A stretch of 64,000 nucleotides of DNA, taken from contig NW_020845923.1 in the NCBI RefSeq assembly GCF_003704095.1, forward strand, positions 124,001 to 188,000. The letters run 5' to 3'. Under the pieces are notes generated by a model. It did not search any database. It had not been told where the DNA came from and saw only the letters and a list, made by a program, of their open reading frames with translations. This stretch comes from Pocillopora damicornis (lineage: Eukaryota). Positions 40,828-62,100 of the stretch are shown piece after piece (position 1 is the first letter of the stretch; each line of letters begins with the position of its first letter). Position numbers and translations under genes: made by a program.

Positions 40828-43594
40828 CTGCAAAAACTGGAGTGCGCCTTTTTGTAGGATGGATCGTAGGAACTTTTATTGGCTGTTTTGCATCTGAAAA
40901 TGGGAAAAGTTTTACGAAAGAGAAAAAATGGTCTATATCAACAGAGCTTCGTGAGTCATACAATGGTCACTTATGTGTCCATCAATTAATTAATTAATTA
41001 ATTTTTTCCCCCTTTTTTTTCATTTATTTATTCATTCGTTCGTTCTTTCTTTCATTCATTCATTCATTCATTCATTCATTCTTTCACTTATTCATTCAGG
41101 AAGCCAATGCCATTGTGGGTTAATGACAAACGCTGATGATAATATCAGCAAAGAAGTAAAAAAAGAAACACTTATTTCACTTAAATTTTTATTTTCTGAA
41201 TACATTTTAATCGACGAAAAAAGGATCAAGCCCCTTACCCACCAGCCTTCGTCTGTCTCAAAAGTTAGAATAAGCGCTATTTTACTCACCCAAGGTAAGC
41301 TTAATACATGTCCCATTTTCTTCTTCACTTTGGTCGGTGCTGTTCACCCCAAAACAACCTGGAAATGACAGTTCGGACTTCATTCCACCCGGTATGCGAT
41401 TCATGGCAGTTTCTAGTTGATCCACATAATGTCCACACTTTGAAAACAACTCTTTACAAACCCCGACACAGAGCTGTGTAACGCCGTTGTTTGTGTGACA
41501 TGGTGGCATAGTGCGATGGCACAGCAAGGCAATCAACGATTCTCTGCATTCGGAATGCGTGACAGTTTTATTGATAATCGTCACTGTAGCTTTTAAAGGG
41601 TCTTCAACAAGGTTATTTTCCACGTTGTGAAGTCTTGGTAAGTGGCTCAATTGAGAGAGAGTTGTAGAGAAAGCTTTTTTGCAAACTTGGCCCTTGTAAT
41701 AGGCACAGGTAATTGTGGTATTTTTGATGAGAAATATGTCGTTACTGTGGAAGGAATGGAAAATTTATTCAAGCTCAAAATAAATTGTTGAATTGACAAA
41801 CATTTATCACATAATTACAGATAAAATAATGAGTGAATGAATCTGTCATTTTTGCAACGATTGGCCACAAAGTAACAATCAGTGATCGATTACTTTCATC
41901 AACCCAAGAGCTAATCAGGATAAAAACATGGACTTAACTCGTAAACTTGCTTTATCCAACAAATTTTGATTCAAATCTATAAATCAGCTGTTAGTTTATT
42001 TCACGCAATTTCTAAAAATTTGCCTTTGTCAGAAGTGAGAACTGATGATTAGTTTTACCTTTTCTTAAAACATTGCACAGAAGAATTAAATTCGCGTTCA
42101 TTCCAGCAGCAACCAAGCGTGGCACAAACTGTTTGGTTGACATTTCCACAAGACAGCCTAGCATTTACAGGGATCTGGGCACAAGTTCTCGCTAAACAGA
42201 AAAACAATACAAACAAGCAAGCAATAAACATCACATCAGGGGGACAGTCAGAAAGGGGGTAGGGATGGCTGGAATTTGCCCCTCCCATGAGACCTGTGGA
42301 TATTTTTATCACGTGTCTGAAACCAATATTCTTCCAAAGACAGGATCACATATTACTAATATTACTACTGGACTTGAAATATTTAATATATGCTTATCCT
42401 TAAGTATTTCTAAGCTTATTTAGGCCGTATTGAAAAAATATTATGTATTCAATATCTGGACTCCCTTCCCTTCCCACCCCACCCAGTAATTCTAGGATTT
42501 GCCCCTGAATATGTTCATTTTTCAGACAGTAAACACTGCAAATTGTGACTGATTTCGCACCGATTAGCAGGCCTTTCTTTTCTCTTAAGAAGAATTGTCA
42601 CCAGGTTGAACTGATTTCCACCAACCTTGTAAAAATGGTGAGGTAACACGAGCTAACGGGGCGGGTTATTTAATTATTTTTTGACTCCTTAATTTAATCA
42701 CATTTTTATTAACTTTTTTCACACATTTACTTAGGGTGGCTTTACGATCCCCTGAATAAACAGAAATAAATAACTACATCCATGCGGCATATCACTTATT
42801 TTAATTTTCTATTTCAATATATTCGTGACTTCCTTTCCATCTTTCGTGCGCCGCAAAATACACTTAATACACTAGAGATTCCGATTTGTTTCCCCTTCGG
42901 AGATTTTCTCGAGTTTCAGCGAATTCGTAGTAAGTTAAATCGAAAGCTCCAAAATTTTAACTGCTGTCATCGGTGACATAATATTTGACTAAAACTTAAC
43001 GGATTCCCACACGAGAATCCAGAGCAAAGCCAAACTGAATAAGGTATATGTGAGTTCTTTTGTCAGCTAAAATGGTCAGGGAAAAGGTGCGATAAAACCG
43101 CAAAAGAAGACGCTCCTTACTGCAAGTAAACTGTACACGTAATGTGAATCAACTAGCTGTGATGCGATCGGATCCCTTTCACTCAACGACGTTAATCTGA
43201 CAATGACCTATGTTTTAACCAAAATGATTTTAGACTCATGGCGCGTTACTCAACTACTGTAATATTTGGGAATGTGCAAATGTTCTACAAACATTTAAAG
43301 AGCCATTCATACCCTCCAAGGTCAGTTTGGTTAACGTTCAAAAAGGGAAACGGTAACAACAACTCACGATTAACCCAGTTCCTGCTTCTACAATTGATTA
43401 CTTAAACAGTACCTTACGAAAGCAACTATCTCCCTCTACAACCGAAAAAATTTCCCCTGATGAACCGAACAAAGTGTGTCTCTAAAGCCAAAATAAAATC
43501 ATAACCCAAGTAACATACCTTGAACATCACCATTCACGAAAGCAAAATGTGTTAAGACATAAACCGACAACAACAACAACACGTTCCAAAACAT
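40828..43594 (-). CDS. Trefoil + Frizzled-CRD protein with signal peptide, no TM or kinase exon found (putative secreted or decoy paralog)
   Basis: Exons 43594-43519 (MFWNVLLLLSVYVLTHFAFVNGDVQ), 42191-42059 (CAQIPVNARLSCGNVNQTVCATLGCCWNEREFNSSVQCF), 41744-41290 (Fz-CRD, 10 Cys) and 40893-40828 (Pro/Thr stalk DAKQPIKVPTIHPTKRRTPVFA). Phases 1/2/1/1 match the RTK paralogs. The terminal exon is uncertain; one candidate is 40287-40259 (GYKFINDAV*). Confidence 0.8.
41020..41097. repeat. (TTCA)n microsatellite
   Basis: Tandem TTCA units. Confidence 0.85.
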
Positions 43595-45940
43595 TGTGTT
43601 GCTAGTTGATCGACTTCAGTGTTGCATCAGTGAGAGAAAATACCGTCAGATGTCTCCAAAATGCTTAACACAGACGATTTCAAGGTTTAAGTCAACAAAT
43701 GTGCGATAATGTGTTCATAAGATGTGTAAGCGCTTCTCAGAAATCGTGTCGCTCACCTCACGTAAATGATAATAATAGTTAATCTAGGCGCAGCAGGAAA
43801 AACCTACTTAAATTTCAGGATGTGCGATTCTGTTAAATATAAACTCCTTGGTTTTAACCAGGGAGATCTGCTGATCAAACTTTATACTGGTTGATTTTGG
43901 AGTTGGTAATATTCTTTTACAGAAGTTTGACCATTAAGTCTAAGGATATGATAATATTTGTAAAACTTTGTTTGTGTGATATGATAGGACCCAATGCCTT
44001 GGAGTTTTCCAGTGTTTGTAAAAACATTTTAGTTAGCAGTACTGAGAACTACAGGGTGTAATGCTCTTTCTTAAACAGCGAGCCACCAGAACACATTTAC
44101 TGATCTTAAAATAGAATTTTCGTAACACTTCCTAAAGTACCCAGAATTTCTCTCAAAACCAGAAACACCTTATACTCGTCTGAATCATAATCTGGTAGAC
44201 CTCATAGCCGACAGAAAATGTGTGAGAGACGGGCACAGACCCCTGTGCAGGCGTTTCTGGTCAGCCATCGAGAAAGCGTCTGTGACATGGGCTGAAAAAT
44301 TTAGGCCATCTTTTTTTTCGTACTCTTGCTTCCCTAGATGATTTTCCCATTGATGTAGCTTTTCTGTTCTGAGTGTGAGGGGAGGGGCTAAGGTGAGGCG
44401 CCTTCCGCGAAGTTTTGGTGGGGGTGTGCCAACTGAGGGCTTCAGACCCTGACCTCTTTTAAAGACATGAAAAAAAAAAAACCTTGCAGCTTATTAAGCT
44501 GAGTCACTTCGCTATGTTTAGACACGACCTAGGGAAGGTAGGTCGAGAATTTGATGTCGAAGCGATCCAATAAACGTCCGGCAAAACAGTGGGAGTGAAA
44601 CCCCCTCATCAACGCTGTTGTTTTTAGTAGTAAAATCACTTCTCGTAATGACTAACGAATCGGGAAACCACAAAAGAAGATCTCCCTTTAGGCCAGCCAG
44701 TATTTATTGCCTTGAATGAGAGGCTTCCAGAGGAATCACGTGATTTTCGGGGGAAAAAGAGAGGAGAGTGTTTAAGAGGAGACCGCTGAAAACCGACTGG
44801 TAATTAGTGGGGTCATTTGAATATTGCATACTGCAGAGGGGGATTAAGGGGATTAGGGGGATAAGTCAGGGGAATTAGNNNNNNNNNNACCGTGAAAAGA
44901 AGGAAGTTAACGAGCGAACTCACGTCGTCACAAAGATAGTAAACTCCAAAACACATTATCACAAAATTATCCAAAATTGCTGATACAAATATTTTAATAT
45001 GATCATTAACCCAGTTTCCTGTTTAACAAGAAACTAAGTTCTGCAATCTATAATCTAAGAAATTATTCTCTATTATCGTTTCGCTACATTACGACTCATT
45101 TCCATTTTATTGCGACTTATAGCTCATTTCCATCGAGTGTCGTAGATTTTTCTTTCTTTCACAGAATTTATGACTGTGGTATCAGCTTACTTTGCGTTCT
45201 TTCGTGATAACGGAGAGCACTAATGATTCGCAAAAAGAATTCCTTAATTATTAAGTGTATATAGAAATTATTTCCATTGAGTATCATTATACCAAAACCG
45301 AGCTAACGACATCAAGCAATCAGAGAAAATAAAAACATTACAAGAATGCAAAGTACAGACAAGTAAAGTTCATTGCTTAAAGCGCGGGAAAACGCGAGTG
45401 ACTAACTCCCGTTTTCTACATCTGATTGGTTGAGAGGATGGAGCGAGTTTTCTGGACCAATCACGGTGAAATAAAGCAAAATCGAAGCAACTTCCGACAC
45501 TCGATTGTAAAGCGCTCAATAAAGCGTATATTTGGAACAACAAATTAACTGCATTTTCATGGATGCCATAAAACAAGTGTCTACATTAACTGCAAGGTAA
45601 AGTTTCATGAAGCTTTTTAGTGTTTATCATTTAGCAATAGCAGGCGATGAAACTGTAACACGTGAAATTTTATCAAAATTTAAAATCTTTGTTCCTGGTA
45701 CATGGGACAATAGACTGATATGGAATTATAAACAGTTTGATTTGGAATTGTAAATTGTAAACAGCGTTCAATTTCACCCTATCAAAAGAAAAAGTAATAT
45801 ACAAAGAAACGCCCTGATTCAAAGTGGATTGAATCTATTCTGGCAAACTTATAGCAGTTTTAACATAGTTAGCCTCCCTCCCTCCCTTATTTCTACTCGT
45901 ATTGGACAAAACAAATCATATGGTGAAATTTATTAGGCGG

Positions 45941-46299
45941 ACAGAGTGGTCAAACGTCGAGCATGCGCGAGCAGATTCTGGCCGGCCGCACGCTAGTTTC
46001 CCGCGAAAAATTTCGAACGAAATCATTGTTGAAAGTTCACAGAAATCTGTGAAAGGAAGCAAAGAAGACCGAAGAGGGAAAACTCGAGATTTCTCGAACA
46101 AGAAGGGCATTTAAGTACGGGTATCCTCTTTATTCTGTTTTGAGCTTTACTAAAAAAGTTATACGTTTTTTAAAAAAAACCCGTGTTTTGCTGGCTTCTG
46201 TGGTTGTCCGTAATCCGTGTGAGACAAGTTGGTTCTGAAACCTTGAAAGCACGCCACAAAGTTTGCACATGCACAGGCGTTTGACCAAACGCGGTCTGT
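45941..46299. mobile_element. Probable MITE with ~30-bp imperfect TIRs
   Basis: ACAGAGTGGTCAAACGTCGAGCATGCGC resembles the reverse complement of GCACATGCACAGGCGTTTGACCAAACGCGGTCTGT. Confidence 0.4.
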
Positions 46300-47275
46300 C
46301 AATCTTATCCCTTGTTAGATTTCATCGAGGAAGAAAATCATCTGGTGGGTAAAAATACTAACATATTGAATCATTTGCTGGGTTCTTCATCTGGTGGAAT
46401 CGCTTTCAATTCTCCTTACCACTTCGTGTGTATAGATCCTTGAAAGTAAGTTTAAGTATGCATACTTTTAAGTCTGTATATAGGCTTGAAAATTTCCAAA
46501 ACGATTCTATTACAGACTCCATGAAACGAAGTTACGTATATCAAACCAACTTAAAGGTCATCGTTCCTTTAACCGAACAAAACTTTGCGTCAAAGAAGTT
46601 CGCGCCGTTCTTTCAGCAACTTCCTTTTTAACGACGTTTCGTCATTTTACAACTTTTAGGATGCATTTTTCGAGTTCCTTATTGACGATATCTGTATTTA
46701 ACAGAAGTCTGCGAGCATAAGTCGCAGCACGTTGTCGTTGGACAGCGCATTTCAACGGGAGCTAAATTTATCCCGTCTCATCGAATATCTAATATCGAAT
46801 AACTAAGAGAAATTGGATACCAGCTCAAGAAAATCAGAATAGAAAAAACAAAATAGAAAATGAAAATCAACTCTCGCTTTGCAGTTCCTTAGTTTGCACT
46901 TATATCTGTTTTAAGAAGCAACGCATGATGTGCTTAAACAATCTTGGAAATTGCGAAAGGCTTAAGATACAATAAATTCCATCCTAGTAGATCGGAAGAC
47001 AATGCTTTAACTGAAAGCTATTCCCAAATTTTCCAAGTTTCCTTCGAAGCTACCCCTTTTGGCCCATCTGTCATTTCCTGGTTGTTTGTTAACTTTCGGT
47101 CTTTCGGTCACACTGTTTTTTTTTTCGGCCATACTTTTAATTGGACTAAGGCATAATGCGGTTGTGATATCAACCAGCCGCATGTATAGGGGTATTGACG
47201 AAGTTAACGCCTTAATACATAGGGAACCTTTAGTAATAATTTTTCAAGTCAACTGATTAAAGAAACGTACGATAA

Positions 47276-55899
<8,624 letters not shown>

Positions 55900-58881
55900 C
55901 TGTGATAGAAGGAAAAAATAAGTTAGTTAATGAATAATTAAAAAATTAACCAAAACTTAAGAAATACTTGACAAAATTCAAGAAATATTGATCCAAATAC
56001 TTCTCATATTTTACTACTACTACAATTTGGTCTGGGCGGGAAACAAATAAAGCAAAAGTATCTCTATGAAGAATTTGTCAGCTTTTATCAAATGGCCCTT
56101 ACGACCTCCAGCACGCAATCCCATGGTAGCTGATGTGTGCAGGGCCGGACGGTTTGACGAGAGCCGGTCCGGAACAAGCCGTTAGGTTCTGCACTGACAC
56201 GACTCTTTTGCATTTACCGTGAACTCCAATTGAAATTGTGGACTCCAACTCAGAATAAAACAAACGAGGAAATGAGTCGCGCTCCTAAATCAGTTGGAGT
56301 ATCTCGTTCCGACTCGAGGAAAAAAAAATAAGTTTTCACTGCTGAATCTTTTTAGCAGCTGTCCAGTCGCGTTCTTCTTTTGAATGCATGCACGTCCTAC
56401 AACAAAACGTTCGTAATTTTCAACACTTCGCGAAAAAAATTATATTAAAATGCTTATTGAGTGAGTCAGGTCGGGCCGAATGGGAAAATATCTGGCCTCG
56501 ATCCTCAACGCACGGACCTCACTGCTGTCGGTTCGTACGTCATGACTTCGAGCCGAAAACATCCTTGGCCGGCCGTCCCACTCAGTCCATAAGAGCATAT
56601 TATCTCCTTACGCAATTGATGCAATTTCAAGCTAGGTGGAACTTATAGTTCATCAAAAGTCTGTAGAAAATTTACTGTCATCAATTTGTGCAACTGTATT
56701 TTGTGTTCATCCTATTTTGTTAATGGAAAGAGCACGAAAAGAAAAGCCAACAATTTATTGTTGGTCAGTGTTAATATAATAACTTGTTTCCCACAGGTAG
56801 CTCAAGCGCCCATGTAAATCCTTATATTTCACCCATTGCACAACGTAATCATATTTAATCTTTACTGAAGCCTGTTGCAAAAGCTTGGGCTACCTGTGGT
56901 TTCCCACATCTGGCAGAATCATCATCAATTGCAGAAAATTTTTTGACTGATGAATGACAATTATCCAATTAAAAAATTGGTTTATAGAAAAGACAATTAA
57001 TCATCGCACATCTCGATACATTTGTTTCGCAAATCGAAAAAAAAAATGTTCGTATACTATTGTTCAGCATATATTTTCAAATATTGGACGTGCGGATCTG
57101 ATTGATAGAAAAAAGATAAAGAATCATTCTGTCAGCAGAATGCATGACCCCATGTCACCCCACCAGGAGTTAAGAACCAGCTAAGCATATTGTGTTCCTC
57201 TGATACACTACACCGCCTGTCCTCAATACGTAATCTGCTTTTCCCTCTATATGATAGAGGGCGAGAAAACCGAGCTCAATGGCCTTAGATCAACCTACAA
57301 AACCCACGCAATGCAAAAGAACGACCACTTAAGCGAGGTAAGTTTCTTTTTCATTCAAAACTATTTTAGACATTTAGGTTGAGATTTCGACCATTTATTC
57401 CCATAAAAATCGTGATAAATCTCAATTGCGCAACGAGAACTGACATACTTGCAGAGGCTCATAGCGCGAGCTTGGGCGACCTGTGGTATCATCATTTCAA
57501 TAATTCTGAACTTTTTATTTTGATTTTAAAGACTCTAAGATAAAAAAGAATTTGAAATGAAATTTTGATGTAAAGGGCTGTTAAAAAGTAAATTTGGATT
57601 ATTTTTTGTCCCAGTTTGCCAAAGGTCGACAGAGGACAAAAGTAAATTTGAGCTTTCGTATCACAATTGGAACACGAAGAGAAGAATACGAAAAATGGTA
57701 AGTTTTGAGCTTGGTAAAGAAATAAACAAAGGTGTTTTTATTTAATTTTCTCTACCGAGCTCAAAAATTTCCATCTTTCTCATTCTATTTACAAACAGAC
57801 GCTATCGACATCGCTGATCCTAGCAGTATGCAGGACGCGTGTCACCTAATAACTTCGTAATGGCCTCACTCATCATAGAGTCTCTGTGGCTCAGTGATAG
57901 AGCATCGAAGCGCGGAATCCGACGGTTTGAGGTTCGATTCCTCAGGGGGACTCATTGCCCTACGCGCATGATGAAAAATATCTTTCTCTATGTGGAGAAG
58001 ACTTATGAAATTCCATTATGAAATATCATTTTGTAATGTCGATCATTAAAACGAGATTTCCTTTCCGCGAAAAAAAAGTAAGTAAATAATCGGTTGGAAA
58101 AACAAGGTTAGAAAACAGATTAAGGTGGATTTATTAATATCCGTCAGAAAAGTTTTTGATATACACACAAGGACAAAATAAACAATGAATGCAAACCGAG
58201 ATAAAGTAAAAAAATTCGAAATATTTTAAAACTGTAAAACCATATGTCTGTCAAAACAAGACTTTCCTAGAAGGTCAAAGTCGTGTTGTGACCTGCGAAA
58301 CCATCTGCAAGGATTTCAGTGGATGGTGGGCAAGATGCACGTGATTTTCACGCCTCAAAAGACAAGCTTCCACCAATCAGAAAAGAGTGCTCACATGCCC
58401 AGGCCTGACGACGTCGAAATAGTGCATAGGTTTGCATATTATAAGAGAAATCTTGCTCCTTCATTTCGTAGGAGCGTAATTACTCCTTTTTTACTCTTGG
58501 TTGGTTTTCAATGACCTTTTTCCTTCGCGACAGCTTGCTGACAGCTTTTCAACCTACAGTGATAAGTTAAGTACATGTTTGACCGGATGCTAGTTCTCGT
58601 CGCTATATATTCGAAATACCTCAAGATGGAGGCAGCAACTCTCCTTCGTAAGTATTGGTAAAATTTCTCTGTCGGCGTTCGCGGACATTCAAGCGTCCTG
58701 GGATTCGCTACCATTGATAGTAAGTTAGAGAAGTTTAAATTGTTGTTAAAACCTTCATTTTCTAGTCCACGTAGCTTGTGACAACAAAGTTTAAAACACA
58801 AGAAAACTCTCACTAGTACTACTGCCTGTGCAGTCAGTCTGACGAAAGCATGAAAAGATTCATCCACTGACATAGAATTAA

Positions 58882-59105
58882 CGGGGTTGGTGCAGTGATG
58901 AGAGCACTCAATTCCCGCTACTGTGGCCCCAATCCAAGGCGTCACACGTGGGTTGAGAGTGCTGTTGTTTCTCCGAGGGTTTTTCTCCGGATCCTTTTGT
59001 TTCCCTCTCTCCTCATAAACCAACACTCCAAATTCCAGTTCGACCCGGAAACAGAAGACAAGAGGAGCCACCCAAGGAAATGTCCACCGCCAAATTCCCA
59101 TTTTC
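58882..59105 (+). mobile_element. Degenerate tRNA-derived SINE
   Basis: A-box-like GGTGCAGTGATGAGAGCACTC head, followed by a body ...GTGGGTTGAG...GAGGGTTTTTCTCCGG...CCAAATTCCA resembling cnidarian SINEs. Confidence 0.5.
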
Positions 59106-62100
59106 TCCCATTCATTACCATTTAATTAGTAAGAAGGTGACTTTTTACAGCAATAAGCAAGAAATAAGGTTGAATTTGATGTTAGTAGAAGTAGTTGCAT
59201 AACTTGATGACACAACTGATCACAAAAATCAAGTAACAGCAAAGCTGATCAAGTCGTCGCGTAAGAAACCGAACAAGAAATGCATTACAATAAATTTTGA
59301 TCCTTAAAAGCCAAAAACTGAATCTGGTTCAATAGAGATCACTTGGAGAACGATTCGCATGAGAAACGAAAGTGGAAGATATTCAGCGAAGAATTGCCCG
59401 GGCATATCACTCTTGTTAACGTTTCCAAAAATGTCAACAAACTAGTGCTAACATGTTTAGTCGAACAGGTTTAATTGAATAAAAATCAGAAACAGAAAAC
59501 TGAAAAAATGAATTTTCAATAGGATTCAATTGATCACAAACTTATATTTTCAATTTCCTGCATTTCAAGTCGACAAACATCGGGTTAACCTGCGGTTAAC
59601 CTGTAAGAGTATCTAATTCCCCTATAAAATATCACCCCCACATCACACATAATGCCACAAGTAAAAAGGGAAATGATCACCAATGACAGAAGCTCTAGAT
59701 TGCTAAACAAATTCTCCTTGTCGGCACCTTAAGAAATGTATTGAGAACAGTATGGAGGATATGTCTACTGATGTTAGTGTGTAAAGGGTCAAGCAGTATC
59801 TATGACGAAATTGATAAAACACTTAAACCATATTTAACAAAACAGCCTCACAACACGTTTAAGCTTTGGCCCAGAATAGGAATAGGGTATAAGTCATTTG
59901 TAGGAAGTTCTTTTACGAAAGAATTCCGCCTAGACAATTTTCTTAGCTGCCCTAATATCTTAACATGCTCTCTAAAAACTTTCGACTTGTGTCCAAAAAC
60001 ATGGTAGCGTCCTCAGCCTTTGTTCAATATGCTGAGAGAAAACCATTTCAAATTATTTAGGCAGCACCTATGTTGTTTGGGCAGGCGCCGGGAAAATTGG
60101 GTTTAGTTCACGAAATCGAGGCTTAAGGCTAGATACGTAACCACAGGAAATATAGCAGAACAAACAAACAAACAATGCTTTTTTCAAAACTTTTTCCTGA
60201 CATCTACGTCCATTTTTTTCCATGGAAAGTTTACTGCCCAGGTCCTACGAAGCGCACAAGAATATATGTTATCGATGATTTCTGAAAGAAACCTGCTCTA
60301 GTTATTAGAGAGGTTCTGAGTCCTCTGGAAATTTCCTCAGTGTGCTAAGTAATTGTGCTGCTTTCAATTCATTCATTCAGTATTGTAAGAGCCTCCTCTT
60401 GGGGTAGCACTTATAGTTTCTATTTTCATGCGTGTAAATTATTTCTCATTTGACGCTTAAACATTCGCTGATGATCTGTTCATGGTAGAACCCGCTAATT
60501 TGAACAACATTCGATTTTGTTTGGATTTGACCCCATTTTTTCAGTCATATACCATCAGCTGACTCGAATATTGACTTGAACTAATTTCGCTTTCCTTCGG
60601 CTCAAATTTACCTTGATAACTCAAACTTTAGGTAAAAACGTCGGTCTTGAGGCACAGAACATAAGTGATTGACACGTCCTAACCTTTAATCGCAATTGTT
60701 ACGAATAATATAAAAATGTAATCTATTTAGCAAAACTTCACAGGTCAAGCCCTCTTTAAAAAAGCCCTTGAAAAACAAACTAGATGTTCGAAAATGAGTG
60801 TTGATTGTGCAAGAATGGTAAAAAAATATTATCCTTTATTTGGATAAGGAATGTTCTGAAGAAACTATTGATAGAAGGGTAGAAATGCGACACCAACCCA
60901 TAAAACTCGAACCCCACCAAAGACCAAAAAATCTTCCATCAGTTCAGTAAGACAAGTGCGCCCGGTGATTTTTTGTTTCCAAATTTTGTCAAGCTTTACC
61001 AACCTTCAAAGGCGCCGTCTTCTTGCCTCGGAACAGGACAAATTTTTGTCGGGCATGAAATCAGACAGATTTTTCAATCTACTACCCAAGATTTGGAGAA
61101 ATTGTGCAATCAGGAAAATTGATCTCTCTTTTCAAATGCAGGTCCTTCAGCTAGAAGGCCGCCAAAATAGTTGGTTTTACCTGGCGATCAAACGGTGAAG
61201 ATGGAAGATTCGTTCCTCGGGATGTGGCATGACGATCAGTATTTAGGATACTCAGAATACATCATAGCTCCCAAGTTTACGTTTAAGCTAAATCTCCAAG
61301 TCCAAATACTGCTCAATTTGTATATCCATGCGATTGACATTGGGTGGTTAACAAATATTTTGCTGCTTTTCAGTGCGCTACAATTGACAAATCTAAAATT
61401 TGTCAGCCCAGTGCGCCCAGGCTCTCGATCCATTTTCTGTTTCCCTTGAGATTTCTAGCTAGCGGGGTTCTATCGTATTATCATATCCCATCATGCAATG
61501 TCTTCAGCCATTGGCGGATTTATGTCAGGAAGGGACTGGGTAACCCATATTTTCAGACAAAGACCAGAATCTACTGCTAAATGCACTAAGATCTTTTCCA
61601 CTGAGCACATGTTATGAGAAGAACAACGACCACGACTCAGACTTAGGATTCGAATTCATCGCTCATAAAATCAAGTTGAATTCTCAGTTTATCCAAAATG
61701 AGTGGAAAACAAAGAACTTTGCGATTTCAGCCAACTCTAATAACGAGCAAGAGACAAGGCTAACCACTGGTAAGGTCTAAATGAAATAGGAAAAAACCTT
61801 TAGCTCCTATGGTGTGACGTGCAAGATCAGGGTTTGCGCTCCTCTCCAGATTTTCTATGTTGGATCTTTACCAAAAAGAGGATTAAGTTAGAATTTAAGC
61901 TCACTTTTCTTAAATTTGATCTGTGCTTCTTACCGATCAGGGAATTTTTGCCAATTCTTTCCGATGTGGTATATTAAATATATCACATGAGAAATTAATG
62001 TTTAAGTGAAGATAAAATTGTTTTTAAGGGTTTATACTCGGATAATCCAACTGCAGCACAGCTTTATTTGTTTTGAACCATACTGGGTACGCTTTACTTT

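Noticed and set aside
45997-46017. E2F/CHR-like motif TTTCCCGCGAAAAATTTCGAA
   Set aside because: It lies inside a probable MITE with no associated gene start.
58508-59101. 197-aa minus-strand ORF, considered as the RTK-C first exon
   Set aside because: It starts in the antisense of a SINE, has no convincing signal peptide with a good phase-1 donor, and has no recognisable domain.
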